Positions 46,695-56,147 of a DNA stretch of 64,000 nucleotides are shown one piece after another. Source of the DNA: a virus; IMG/VR virus record IMGVR_UViG_3300032116_000088, positions 1 to 64,000 of that record; one strand, written 5' to 3'. The notes under the pieces were generated by a model. The model was not told where the DNA came from and did no database searches. It saw only the letters and a program-made list of their open reading frames with translations. Position numbers and translations under genes: made by a program. Every line of letters starts with the position of its first letter. The stretch's first letter is position 1.

Positions 46695-46740
46695 GTGGGG
46701 AGCCAGAGTCTTTTTGACGCCTTTCTATCTGGCTCCCCAC
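46695..46740 (+). terminator. 13-bp perfect stem with 20-nt loop containing CCTTTCT
   Basis: GTGGGGAGCCAGA / TCTGGCTCCCCAC. Confidence 0.7.
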
Positions 46741-46761
46741 CCATAATTTTCGGGGCTTAAT

Positions 46762-48753
46762 ATGAACATAATTACAACACTAAAACAGTTAAATGAATTT
46801 GTAGATTACTACTCTAAAGTAGACGCATTTGCATTTGACGTTGAAACTATTGGCGATAACCGCCTGTATCCAGTCATTAATGATGTGTGCTGGATATCTT
46901 TTGCTACCGAAGGTCGTGTAGATGTTATTCCCATGGGTCATCCTAATGGAGAACTAGAAGGATATGACAAACCTCTTTTACTTCAAGGCCAACGTCGTTT
47001 GGCTGAAGGTAAGACTATTCTTGAATCTCATTACTCTAAAGATGAGCGTAAATGGACTGCTAAATTTGGAGAGGCACCAGAACAGCTGACTCCTCGTGAA
47101 GTATTTGATGCTATTCGTCCATTACTATTTGGGCCACAGTTGAAGGTTGCTCATAATGCAAAGTTTGATTTAAAATCAGTGGCTAAGTATTACTCAGGGC
47201 AAGTTCCTGTTGGTCCTTATTTTGATACTATGATGGCTGCTTTTATAATAAACAATTTAAATAAGTTTGATTTAGGTTTGAAGTCCTGTGTTCAACGTGA
47301 ACTGGGTGTAGATATGGAAAAGGGTATTGGTGAAAATGTTGCTTTATATTCTTTTAGTGATGTCGCTAACTATTCTGGTATTGATGCAGATTTAACCTGG
47401 AAGTTATATAAAATACTTTCTTCTAAAATTACAGGAAACCTTGAAAAAGTTTGGAAGCTAGAAATGGATGTTCTTGGTGCTCTGTGTGACATGGAGCTCA
47501 CTGGAGCTTACATAGACCAGGATGCGTTAAAAATTCTTGCTCAAGAAATTGAAAAAGGTAAATTAGATGCAGAGGCACGTTGCTACAAAGAGGCAGGTAA
47601 AGCATTTTCTATTAACTCCGTGCCTGTAAAGCAAGAACTATTATTTGGTGGAGAGTCTCCTCGTATTAAGCCTAACCCAAAGTTTAAAACGTCCTTAACT
47701 CCTAAAGGTGCAGAAGCACAAAAGAGTGGTGAAGAACTTACTCCAGCACACTTTTCGGTATCTGCAGAAGCCCTAGAATATTACCGTGGTAAAGATGCTT
47801 TAGTAGATGCCTTACTTGAGTACCAAGATTTGAATAAACTTATGACCACATATGTAACTCCTTACACTGGTGGTGAAGTAAAGAGGACTACCAATGGAAA
47901 AGTAAAAATTGAAGAACGTAAATCACTGTTAATTAATGGGCGTGTACATACCAATTTTAAAGCTCATGGAGCAGAAACTGGAAGGTTCTCATCGAGTGAG
48001 CCTAATCTACAAAATATTCCATCATCTGGAGAGTACGGTAAATTAGTTCGTGATTTGTTTGTAGCTCCTCCTGGACATAAGCTAGTAGTAGCAGATTATT
48101 CACAAATTGAACCTCGCATTATTGCTTCATTTAGTCAAGACCCTGTTCTCGTACAAAATTACTTAGATGGCGGAGATGTTTATACTGCCATTGGAGACAC
48201 CATGGGTGTTGACCGTAAAGCAGGTAAGGTTTTGGTTCTAGCTATCTCTTATGGCGTAGGTCCGGACAAAATTGCGTCATCTGTTGGGTGCTCTGTTAAA
48301 GAAGCCAAAGATTTATTAAATAGGTTTGAAGATGAATTCTCATCTATTTCTAAATATAAAAGCAAAGTTATTCGTATGGCAAAAGAAGCCGGAAAAATTC
48401 CATTTGTAGAAACTATCTTTGGTCGGCGCAGGTACATACCAGAACTACTTTCAAAAGATTTTAGTTTATTGGGCCGTGCAGAACGCCAGGCCTTTAACAC
48501 AGTTATACAGGGCTCAGCTGCAGACATAATGAAGCTTGCCTTGATTAGGGCTCATTCTTGTTTCAAAGATGACCCAGAAGTAAACGTAATATTAACTGTT
48601 CATGATGAATTGGTTACTATTACCCCTGAAGACAAAGCGGAACAAGTTGCAGAAGCAATCCGTCAATCTATGGAAGGAATTCACTTATCGCAAATTAGAG
48701 TCCCACTTATTGCAGATGTGAAAATTGTTGACAAGTGGGGTGAGGCGAAGTAA
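46762..48753 (+). CDS. polA: DNA polymerase family A (3'-5' exo + polymerase)
   Basis: FDVET, HNAKFD, TGRFSSSEPNLQNIP, DYSQIEPR, QGSAADIMK, VHDEL. Confidence 0.95.
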   Translation: MNIITTLKQLNEFVDYYSKVDAFAFDVETIGDNRLYPVINDVCWISFATEGRVDVIPMGHPNGELEGYDKPLLLQGQRRLAEGKTILESHYSKDERKWTAKFGEAPEQLTPREVFDAIRPLLFGPQLKVAHNAKFDLKSVAKYYSGQVPVGPYFDTMMAAFIINNLNKFDLGLKSCVQRELGVDMEKGIGENVALYSFSDVANYSGIDADLTWKLYKILSSKITGNLEKVWKLEMDVLGALCDMELTGAYIDQDALKILAQEIEKGKLDAEARCYKEAGKAFSINSVPVKQELLFGGESPRIKPNPKFKTSLTPKGAEAQKSGEELTPAHFSVSAEALEYYRGKDALVDALLEYQDLNKLMTTYVTPYTGGEVKRTTNGKVKIEERKSLLINGRVHTNFKAHGAETGRFSSSEPNLQNIPSSGEYGKLVRDLFVAPPGHKLVVADYSQIEPRIIASFSQDPVLVQNYLDGGDVYTAIGDTMGVDRKAGKVLVLAISYGVGPDKIASSVGCSVKEAKDLLNRFEDEFSSISKYKSKVIRMAKEAGKIPFVETIFGRRRYIPELLSKDFSLLGRAERQAFNTVIQGSAADIMKLALIRAHSCFKDDPEVNVILTVHDELVTITPEDKAEQVAEAIRQSMEGIHLSQIRVPLIADVKIVDKWGEAK

Positions 48754-49178
48754 TGTCAAAGAAGAAAAATAAAAAGAAAAAACTAGATAATGTCATAACA
48801 TTAACTGAAGTTAGTGCTCGTTTACGCGGGTTTTTAATTGACTCTCAAGTAAAGGATGCACACGAACTAGCTGTACTACTAGGGTGCTCACCACTGAGCC
48901 CGGAAGTAAGGGAAATGGAAGACGAAGAAAGCGATAAAAGGATTGAGCGTATTACTCATCTGATTCCTTTGCTTTATGCTCAGGCCCATGCTTTGGCAGA
49001 AAGTTCAATGGAACATCAAAAACTCAATAATTCAAAAGAGATTGAAGGTCTGTCAGAAGAAGACCAAAAAGATTATCGTAAAGCTTTAGAACAAATTGCA
49101 ATGTCAGCTTTAGTTGGTTCTGTATCACAACTAGTTGATATGGGATTACTAAAGCTACCTAAGGAGAAAAAGAAATGA
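48753..49178 (+). CDS. Hypothetical protein
   Basis: TAATG-coupled ORF. Confidence 0.65.
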   Translation: MSKKKNKKKKLDNVITLTEVSARLRGFLIDSQVKDAHELAVLLGCSPLSPEVREMEDEESDKRIERITHLIPLLYAQAHALAESSMEHQKLNNSKEIEGLSEEDQKDYRKALEQIAMSALVGSVSQLVDMGLLKLPKEKKK

Positions 49179-49549
49179 ACAACGCAGATTGGTGGGCTAA
49201 AAAACTAGGACAGCCAGCACAACAGGGGCGTCCTGACCCAACCCCTCCAATGCCACCGAGTCAACAACCGATGGCACAGATGCCTTCCTTTCAGGCCGCA
49301 AATCCGGCAGAAAAAGCGCAATCGTCTAAGCAGACTGCTTCTTGTCCTGACTGCGGGTCGGGCAACTACTTTTCTATTCAAAATGCGACACCACGTTGTT
49401 ACGACTGCGGGTATCCCATTCAGCAATCTGGGTCGCGTTACGGTGGCCTCGCTGGTGCGCATGTTGAAGGCTCAACTAAACAAGCCACAGGAAACAACAC
49501 AACAAACAACTGGAATCCACAAGGAATAATCGGGAGCATAAATGGATAA
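49175..49549 (+). CDS. Zinc-ribbon protein
   Basis: CPDC...CYDC. Confidence 0.7.
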   Translation: MNNADWWAKKLGQPAQQGRPDPTPPMPPSQQPMAQMPSFQAANPAEKAQSSKQTASCPDCGSGNYFSIQNATPRCYDCGYPIQQSGSRYGGLAGAHVEGSTKQATGNNTTNNWNPQGIIGSING

Positions 49550-49727
49550 CTCACAGATACAATTAATAAAAGAAAAAACTTTCCTAGAAATTAGGGAGCA
49601 TATAGCAAAAGTTCTAGTAGAACATAACGTATTAGATACCCACGAAGGTTCAGTAGGCTGGTGGGTACATAACGGGACCCCTACCTGGATTTCTTTGTAT
49701 GACGTGTTGGAGGAAATTCGTGATTAA
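49542..49727 (+). CDS. Hypothetical protein
   Basis: SD GGGAG; overlaps both neighbours. Confidence 0.55.
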   Translation: MDNSQIQLIKEKTFLEIREHIAKVLVEHNVLDTHEGSVGWWVHNGTPTWISLYDVLEEIRD

Positions 49728-50766
49728 TTCAGAAGCATTAAAAATTATGGTTGCTCTAAATAAAAAGTTTGGAGAAGGCTCAGTTGTGTTAGGAGAGAAT
49801 ATTCGTGAAGACCTTATTGGCCGTGCTACTACTGGCTCAACTACTTTTGATTATGTGCTGGGTGGTGGTTTTCCTACTAACCAGTGGAACGAGCTTATTG
49901 GGGAGCCGTCGCATGGTAAGACAGCAATTGCTCTCAAAACCATCGCCGCCAACCAAATAGCAAACCCAGACTACACTACTGTATGGGTAGCAGCAGAACA
50001 GTGGGTTCCAGAATACGCTGAGATGTGTGGGGTAGATACTAGTCGTGTCATTGTTATTGAAACTAATATTATGGAGGAAGCCTATGATGCAGTCCTTGCA
50101 TTTGCGGAATCTAAATCTGTAGACGCTATTGTTATCGACTCTTTACCAGCTCTAGTTCCAGGACCAGAAGATGAAAAATCTATGGATGAAATGACTGTTG
50201 GGCGTGGAGCATTGCTTACTAATAAGTTCTTTCGTAAAGCTGGTGCTGCTATGAAACGCAGCTTAACAGAAGATGAACGCCCTATTTTAGGAATTATTAT
50301 TAATCAATGGCGTATGAAAATTGGTGTAATGCACGGAGACCCCCGCACTACCCCAGGAGGAGTAGGAAAAGATTATGCTTATTTTACCCGTTCAGAAGTT
50401 AAGCGGGATGAGTGGATTGAAATTGGTTCGGGAAATAATAAAGTTCGTGTAGGACAACGTATTAAGATTCGTGTTCTTAAAAACAAGACTGCACCTCCTC
50501 AGCAAATTGCTTATATTGATTATTACTTTCAAGACCACAGTATTTATCAAGCCGGTGACTATGACCGTGCAAAAGAAGTAGTTGCTCTTTCAATTATTAA
50601 AGAGATTGTAGACCGTCGTGGTGGCTGGATTTACTATGGTGAGCGTAAATGGCAAGGTCAAGAAGCTTTAGTAAACTCAGTTCGTGAAGAAATTGACTTG
50701 TTTGATGAACTCCGCGCAAAAGTACTTTCCACTCCAGATGGCCCTATGGCGGTGATTGAAGGGTGA
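49720..50766 (+). CDS. recA: RecA-like recombinase
   Basis: LGGGFP, GEPSHGKT, IVIDSLPAL, INQWRMKIGVMHGDPRTTPGG, KNKTAPP; GTG start 49720. Confidence 0.93.
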   Translation: MINSEALKIMVALNKKFGEGSVVLGENIREDLIGRATTGSTTFDYVLGGGFPTNQWNELIGEPSHGKTAIALKTIAANQIANPDYTTVWVAAEQWVPEYAEMCGVDTSRVIVIETNIMEEAYDAVLAFAESKSVDAIVIDSLPALVPGPEDEKSMDEMTVGRGALLTNKFFRKAGAAMKRSLTEDERPILGIIINQWRMKIGVMHGDPRTTPGGVGKDYAYFTRSEVKRDEWIEIGSGNNKVRVGQRIKIRVLKNKTAPPQQIAYIDYYFQDHSIYQAGDYDRAKEVVALSIIKEIVDRRGGWIYYGERKWQGQEALVNSVREEIDLFDELRAKVLSTPDGPMAVIEG

Positions 50767-51083
50767 AAAGCGAAGGCCAGAAGAACTCCCAGAAGCACGA
50801 GAAACGGCTTGCTAAGGCCATTGGAGGGTCTCGTACCGCTGCTTCTGGGGCCTTCTGGTCCCGTAAAGGAGACGTAAGAAACGATGACCTTTTAATTGAG
50901 CATAAATGGACCGGAAAAAAATCTAAAACGATTACCTCAGCAGAGTTGACTAAAATAGTAAACGAGGCTATTATGGATGGTAGGCTTCCAGTATTTGGAA
51001 TTCATTTAGATGGAAAAGACTATGTAATTCTTATGGAAACCGACTTTCTAGAAATATGGAACAAACTTAATGGAACTGAATAG
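50763..51083 (+). CDS. Hjc-like Holliday junction resolvase (PD-(D/E)xK)
   Basis: E..LA...SGA...KGDV....IEHK. Confidence 0.7.
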   Translation: MKSEGQKNSQKHEKRLAKAIGGSRTAASGAFWSRKGDVRNDDLLIEHKWTGKKSKTITSAELTKIVNEAIMDGRLPVFGIHLDGKDYVILMETDFLEIWNKLNGTE

Positions 51084-51432
51084 TATTTACGAATTGGAAT
51101 GGGTTGATGATGCAGCTTGCACTATGGCCCCAAATCCTGATATATTCTTTCCACCAAGAAATAAAGACCTGTATAAACCAATAGCTGACGAGGCTAAAGA
51201 ATATTGTTTTGGAATTGAAGGAGAAAGACCGCCATGCCCAGTAAGAAAAGAATGTCTTTGGTCTGCTGTACAATCAGAAGAACAACATGGTATATGGGGT
51301 GGGCTATCTCATAGAGAACGTAACGCTCTCGTTCGTAAATGGCAAAGACAGTACAAGGATAAAATGACTTTGAAAGAATACATCTTTCAATTAAATAAGA
51401 AGGAAAAAGCAAATGCCGGTATCATCAAGTAA
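51070..51432 (+). CDS. whiB: WhiB-family transcription factor
   Basis: AAC...PDIFFP...AKEYC...CPVRKECL...GIWGGLSHRER. Confidence 0.92.
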   Translation: MELNSIYELEWVDDAACTMAPNPDIFFPPRNKDLYKPIADEAKEYCFGIEGERPPCPVRKECLWSAVQSEEQHGIWGGLSHRERNALVRKWQRQYKDKMTLKEYIFQLNKKEKANAGIIK

Positions 51433-52267
51433 ATCAGACCTTAAAAGGTTTCTAGATGCAAAAACAAAACCATCACGTTTGATTGGGGACATCGAACGTC
51501 ATCTCATGGCCCGTCCCGTTGGGGACCGCAGTACAACTGTATTGCACCCATCAGAAATAATTAAACGCGACTTCTGTCGCCGTTCAGCCTACTTTTTGTT
51601 AAGTGGACACACCAAGATTGCTGAAAAGCCTAATCTTCGCCTACAGTCCATTTTTGATGAGGGACACGCTATTCACGCTAAATGGCAACGTTGGTTCCAA
51701 GAGATGGGTGTGCTATATGGTCGGTTTACCTGTACAGCATGTAAATTTTCATTGTTTGACCTGGGACCAACTACTTGTCCAAATTGTGGGAATGACACTA
51801 TGGAATACAATGAGGTTACTTTAGTAGATAATGACCTACGTATTGCTGGTCATACAGACGGCTGGATTAAGGGAATTGGTGACGATACTCTTATTGAAAT
51901 TAAGTCTATTGGTCCAGGCACCATTCGTTCAGAAGCGCCTAATTTGTTTATGGATAATGAGGGTGACTTTATGAAGGCTTGGAAGAATGTTCGTCGCCCA
52001 TTTCCGTCACACATCATGCAGGGGCAGGTTTATCTTGAACTTATGCAACGTATGGGTCACGATGTAAATGAGATTGTATTTATATATGAACTTAAAGCGG
52101 ACCAAGACTACAAAGAGTTTTCTATCAAACGTGACTTTGAACTTGTTCGCCATATCTTCGATAACGCTAAGCTTATTGTAGATGCAGTAGAGGCTGGTCT
52201 AGTTCCAGATTGCAATAACAATCCTGGAGGAACCTGTAAGCAGTGCGCACCTTATAAGGAGGACTAA
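51413..52267 (+). CDS. Cas4-like PD-(D/E)xK exonuclease
   Basis: HPSE...C.R, G.AIH, GHTDG, IEIKS, Q..Y, C-terminal C..C..C. Confidence 0.8.
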   Translation: MPVSSSKSDLKRFLDAKTKPSRLIGDIERHLMARPVGDRSTTVLHPSEIIKRDFCRRSAYFLLSGHTKIAEKPNLRLQSIFDEGHAIHAKWQRWFQEMGVLYGRFTCTACKFSLFDLGPTTCPNCGNDTMEYNEVTLVDNDLRIAGHTDGWIKGIGDDTLIEIKSIGPGTIRSEAPNLFMDNEGDFMKAWKNVRRPFPSHIMQGQVYLELMQRMGHDVNEIVFIYELKADQDYKEFSIKRDFELVRHIFDNAKLIVDAVEAGLVPDCNNNPGGTCKQCAPYKED

Positions 52268-52713
52268 TGTCAGCAATGGAGAAGTTTAAAGACTGGAATC
52301 TAACATTCCATAAACCATCGGATGAACAAGTCCATCTTCCATCGGATATAACCACTATTGATTCTGAGGAGCTAGGTGAGTTATTTACTCGCCTAACTTC
52401 TTGGACAGATTATATTAACTCTCAGTTAACCATGGCCCAACTTGAAGAGCGTGCAGCTCTTAAAAAGAAAGAGTTTTTAGAAAACACTATGCTAGTAAAA
52501 CGCATGGGTGCCCAAGTTAAGGGAGAGCGGGTTACTGCTGTTAAAGCAGAAATTGCAGTAAATGAAGAAGTTGTAAAACTTGACAATGATTATGAAGAGA
52601 AGTACGCTTATCGTAAGCTAGTGGAAATGCTACTTACAAACCACGAGCGTGACCTGTCTTTGGTCAGCCGTGAAATCACACGTCGTTCAAATGAATATAG
52701 GAGGAACATATAA
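52267..52713 (+). CDS. Helical protein, possible UvsY-like recombination mediator
   Basis: Coiled coil ending SREITRR; inside the recombination module. Confidence 0.4.
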   Translation: MSAMEKFKDWNLTFHKPSDEQVHLPSDITTIDSEELGELFTRLTSWTDYINSQLTMAQLEERAALKKKEFLENTMLVKRMGAQVKGERVTAVKAEIAVNEEVVKLDNDYEEKYAYRKLVEMLLTNHERDLSLVSREITRRSNEYRRNI

Positions 52714-53186
52714 TGGGACGCATGAAAGATATATTTACAGAGATACAAGAGTTGGGTATTGACCCAAATACAGATGAAGGTGCAGCCAAGTTTGCTGAGA
52801 TAATAAATGAACGGTATCCTGGGCGTACAGTTAAGCCAACTTTTCCAGCAGAAATTAAGGACTTGCCAGACACAATTGTCCAAATGATTCGCAACAGCAA
52901 TCCAAATAGTGCATTTGAAGAAGCTGTACAACAAAAGTTTCAACATGCAAAGCATGTGCTACTAACTAAGCACAAAGACTACGGACCAAAGAATATTGCA
53001 TTTGCTCCAGGAGGAGCATTAAATGGTCTTCGTGTTCGTATGCATGACAAGCTATCTCGCATCAATCATCTTATGGACACTGGAGCCAAACCACAAAACG
53101 AAAGTCTAAAAGACTCATTCTTAGACCTTGCTAACTATGCTATTATTGCAATGCTAGTAATTGATGAGGAGTGGCCAAATGAATAG
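52713..53186 (+). CDS. Nucleotide modification associated domain 1 (DUF1599-like) protein
   Basis: KHKDYG...RMHDKLSRI...ESLKDSFLDLANYAII. Confidence 0.8.
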   Translation: MGRMKDIFTEIQELGIDPNTDEGAAKFAEIINERYPGRTVKPTFPAEIKDLPDTIVQMIRNSNPNSAFEEAVQQKFQHAKHVLLTKHKDYGPKNIAFAPGGALNGLRVRMHDKLSRINHLMDTGAKPQNESLKDSFLDLANYAIIAMLVIDEEWPNE

Positions 53187-53328
53187 TTGTGAAGGATACG
53201 TAGAACCAGGAGTGGTATTCTTTTGGGTTATGGGAACAATATTTTTAAGTGTTTTAATAACTGGACTAATATCTAAAGTACTACACCAATCAGATGAAAT
53301 ACATCAGTTAAGGAAGCCTAAAAAATGA
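53179..53328 (+). CDS. 49-aa single-TM protein (not in ORF track)
   Basis: SD GAGGAG; VVFFWVMGTIFLSVLITGLI; ATGA overlap with the next gene. Confidence 0.55.
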   Translation: MNSCEGYVEPGVVFFWVMGTIFLSVLITGLISKVLHQSDEIHQLRKPKK

Positions 53329-53756
53329 AAGCTGAAGGATTTGAACCTAGGTTTGACCGCGACATGGAGCGCGGTGAAGTAGGAGAAAAGCTACTTGACT
53401 TACTGTTTGAAGACAGTCAAGACCCCAATGTTACTATTGAAGTTAAGACAGATTACCGCACTAATGAAACGGGAAATATATATGTTGAAACTCATAAGTA
53501 TCGTAATGGACGTGAAGACGAAGCCGTTCCATCCGGTATACTTGGTACAGAGTCTAAATGGTGGGCTCAGGCGTCCCCTGACGGTACCGCTGTGCTTCTA
53601 ATTAAGACAGAAGCATTACGGAACTATATTGATATCGTAGAGCCTCCAAAGAGCGCACAACCCATTTCTAACGCACATTCTGCGGCTAGTTTAGGGGTGC
53701 TTGTTTCCATGAAGGGTCTCATGAAATTTTTAAAGATGTGGAAGTCTACGGACTAG
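53325..53756 (+). CDS. Restriction-endonuclease-fold (PD-(D/E)xK) protein
   Basis: G..GE...IEVKTD...TGNIYVE...SG. Confidence 0.6.
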   Translation: MKAEGFEPRFDRDMERGEVGEKLLDLLFEDSQDPNVTIEVKTDYRTNETGNIYVETHKYRNGREDEAVPSGILGTESKWWAQASPDGTAVLLIKTEALRNYIDIVEPPKSAQPISNAHSAASLGVLVSMKGLMKFLKMWKSTD

Positions 53757-53763
53757 GTATAAA

Positions 53764-54333
53764 ATGAGTATTAAGGAATTCGACGGAGGCCTTCAAGGCA
53801 ACCAAGAAATTACAATAGGTATAGACCAATCTTTAACAGGGTTTGCTCTTTCAGCAGTCTCTGTCGAGTTCCCTAATAAGCATAAAACTTGGGTATATAA
53901 ATCCGAGTTTCGAGGTGTCCAACGCCTTGTAGATATTTACAATTGGCTTGATGCCAAATTTGTAGAATTTATGTGGAATGGCTGGCATGTTAAAGATATC
54001 GCCATGGAAGGCACCGTTTTAGCCTCCCATTCTGCTCTAGCTTTGGGAGAACTATCTGCAGTTGTAAAGCTAGTTATATGGTTTAAACACCACGAACCCC
54101 CTCTTCAAATTCCTCCAATGACCCTAAAAAAGTATGCCACAGGCAAGGGAACTGCTAAAAAACAAGAGATGCTCTTACAAATATATAAACGTTGGGGAGT
54201 AGAATTTAATGATGATAACGCAGCAGATGCGTATGCTCTAGCTAGACTGGCTTCAGGGTCAGCAATTGACGCCATAGAGCGTGAAACCCAAGAAAAAATA
54301 AAAGACCCTAAATATAGAGATTTTATACAATAA
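53764..54333 (+). CDS. ruvC: RuvC-like Holliday junction resolvase
   Basis: IGIDQSLTG, IAMEG, LKKYATGKG.A.K, DDNAADAYAL. Confidence 0.88.
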   Translation: MSIKEFDGGLQGNQEITIGIDQSLTGFALSAVSVEFPNKHKTWVYKSEFRGVQRLVDIYNWLDAKFVEFMWNGWHVKDIAMEGTVLASHSALALGELSAVVKLVIWFKHHEPPLQIPPMTLKKYATGKGTAKKQEMLLQIYKRWGVEFNDDNAADAYALARLASGSAIDAIERETQEKIKDPKYRDFIQ

Positions 54334-54389
54334 TTCCCGTATTCTTAATAGTGAGGATGGCATATAACCCGTACACCCAAGGAATACAA

Positions 54390-54683
54390 ATGAGTGAAGA
54401 AATTGTCATCCCATCCACCGAAGAACCCTTTCTTCGAGTTTCGGCTGGGTCAAACCCACAATCCGTTGCATCGGCAATTGCACATGCTATCTACGAAAAT
54501 AAAGCTGTAAAGCTTAGAGCCGTAGGCGCAGGTGCTGTTAATCAGGCTGTTAAATCAATCGCTATCGCCCGTGGTTATGTTGCACCACGAGGTTTAGACC
54601 TGACATGCAAGCCTGGATTTACTACTATTGAATCAAGAGATGGCGAAATCTCTGCAATAGTTTTCGCAATATCAGCAAGTTAA
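54390..54683 (+). CDS. spoVS: SpoVS-family (Alba-like) nucleic-acid-binding protein
   Basis: LRVSAGSNPQSVASAIA...AVGAGAVNQAVKSIAIARGYVAP.G.DL...P.F; SD AAGGA before ATG 54390. Confidence 0.88.
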   Translation: MSEEIVIPSTEEPFLRVSAGSNPQSVASAIAHAIYENKAVKLRAVGAGAVNQAVKSIAIARGYVAPRGLDLTCKPGFTTIESRDGEISAIVFAISAS

Positions 54684-54696
54684 TTAAGGAGTTCCA

Positions 54697-55131
54697 ATGG
54701 CAAGTTGGAAAGATATGGGACATGGTATGAGACGTCGTACCGGAGCCCCCTCAAGTCATTTAGAATCGACAGGAAAGAACATGGCACGTAATCACATGAC
54801 AGCAGATGAACACATGGGAGCTGCAGCTACTGCAGGTAGTCACAGAGTACCTATGGGAATGGATGCCTACCAAGTAACCGCAACTCCAGCACTTAAAGGC
54901 ACTTTAATGCCTAAAAAGAATGTTCAAGCTGGTGACCCAACTGGTATGGGTACTAAGCAGAATCGTCAGAACATTGAAAAGATTGGTGCGAGCTACCGCG
55001 TTGCTCCAAAGGCTACCTTTGTTCAACTAGACCCTTCTGCAGGACCAACCATGGCAAGTGCTAGAGTAGTTCCATCTGTGGCTGGCGTTAATGGTTCATT
55101 CCAGGATGCAGAGAACACCGCCTTCCTATAG
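54697..55131 (+). CDS. Hypothetical protein
   Basis: SD AAGGAG. Confidence 0.7.
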   Translation: MASWKDMGHGMRRRTGAPSSHLESTGKNMARNHMTADEHMGAAATAGSHRVPMGMDAYQVTATPALKGTLMPKKNVQAGDPTGMGTKQNRQNIEKIGASYRVAPKATFVQLDPSAGPTMASARVVPSVAGVNGSFQDAENTAFL

Positions 55132-55140
55132 GAGGTAAAA

Positions 55141-55338
55141 ATGGCAAACGGAATAATCCCAGAGTCCGATAAAGGACGACCTCAAGCTAACTCTCCAGTT
55201 AGTGTTGCGCCACATAACGCCCAGTTGAGTGGAAGAAATAGAATGACAAGTAAGAATTTTGTCATAAATTCTCGTAATCAATTTAATATTCCTGAATCTT
55301 ATATGGCAAGTAATGCAGGAAGTGTAAGGCAAGTTTAA
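55141..55338 (+). CDS. Hypothetical small protein
   Basis: SD AGGAGG. Confidence 0.65.
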   Translation: MANGIIPESDKGRPQANSPVSVAPHNAQLSGRNRMTSKNFVINSRNQFNIPESYMASNAGSVRQV

Positions 55339-55614
55339 ATGCAAAGCATGTCAAACCCACATCCAGCGCACATGGCACTAAGTGCTAGAGTTTTTGCTAG
55401 CAGACAAAACCCTTCTGCACGAAGCTACGTTCAAGGCTCAGAAGATTTTAATCCTGTAGGACAAGCTGCACGTTCAACAGGTAAACTAACTATGGGTTCT
55501 AACGTATTCCAGTTTTATAATGCAGATATTGCTGAACAACGTGGTGGTAGACCAAACGCTCTTGGTAAAGAAACTCTTGGAACAGTCTATGGGGGAAGAG
55601 TCGGTGAATTTTAG
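55339..55614 (+). CDS. Hypothetical small protein
   Basis: Abuts both neighbours. Confidence 0.6.
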   Translation: MQSMSNPHPAHMALSARVFASRQNPSARSYVQGSEDFNPVGQAARSTGKLTMGSNVFQFYNADIAEQRGGRPNALGKETLGTVYGGRVGEF

Positions 55615-56147
55615 TGGCTGGTGCAGTAAATAACTTTAGCCCACAGCAAAACTGGCAATCAATCGGTGGCCAAGGATTTTCTGGGTACAACAACCAAAGC
55701 GGTTATGGTGGACCGGTTGCACGTGGACAGTTAGATGGTATTCGGATTGGAACTGGCCGTGTTCCACATGCAGAATACCCTGATGGTTATTTAGGAACCA
55801 TTCGTTCAAGACGAGATGACCGTCTACTTGACTCTATTAAAAACAGGGTTAATCAAAAAGCATATCAGCGTGGTGTTCACAAGGGTGAACGTATTGAGCC
55901 TAGTGCTTACTACTGGAGCATAGATTTTAATGACCAGTCAAGTCTTAAAAGACAAATGAAGGCTAAGCTAGTTAATATGAATGGCGTAAACATTTATATG
56001 GTTCCTAAAGGTGCACCAGAAATGCAGCTTATTCCTGCCCCTCATCTAGTTAACGATGGAAAATCAAACCTTCGTTCAGATGGCCCTGGAGAATTTGACG
56101 TTAATCGTGCAAATAGAATGAATTATCTAAAGCCGAGGTGGGCATAA
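55614..56147 (+). CDS. Hypothetical protein
   Basis: Coupled ORF containing EYPDGYLGTIRSRRDDRL. Confidence 0.7.
   Translation: MAGAVNNFSPQQNWQSIGGQGFSGYNNQSGYGGPVARGQLDGIRIGTGRVPHAEYPDGYLGTIRSRRDDRLLDSIKNRVNQKAYQRGVHKGERIEPSAYYWSIDFNDQSSLKRQMKAKLVNMNGVNIYMVPKGAPEMQLIPAPHLVNDGKSNLRSDGPGEFDVNRANRMNYLKPRWA

Noticed and set aside
4129-50766. Inteins or introns in TerL, DnaB, PolA or RecA; alternative genetic code
   Set aside because: These proteins have normal lengths and contiguous motifs; genes end at TAA, TAG and TGA without fragmentation
51413-52267. CRISPR-Cas system suggested by the Cas4-like gene
   Set aside because: No repeat-spacer array or other cas genes; stand-alone Cas4-like nucleases are common in phage recombination modules
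40854-55146. Repeated TAGGAGG(C/T)AAAAATGGCA at ~40855, ~44630 and ~55129 as an operator
   Set aside because: Adequately explained as stop codon + SD + A-rich spacer + ATG GCA
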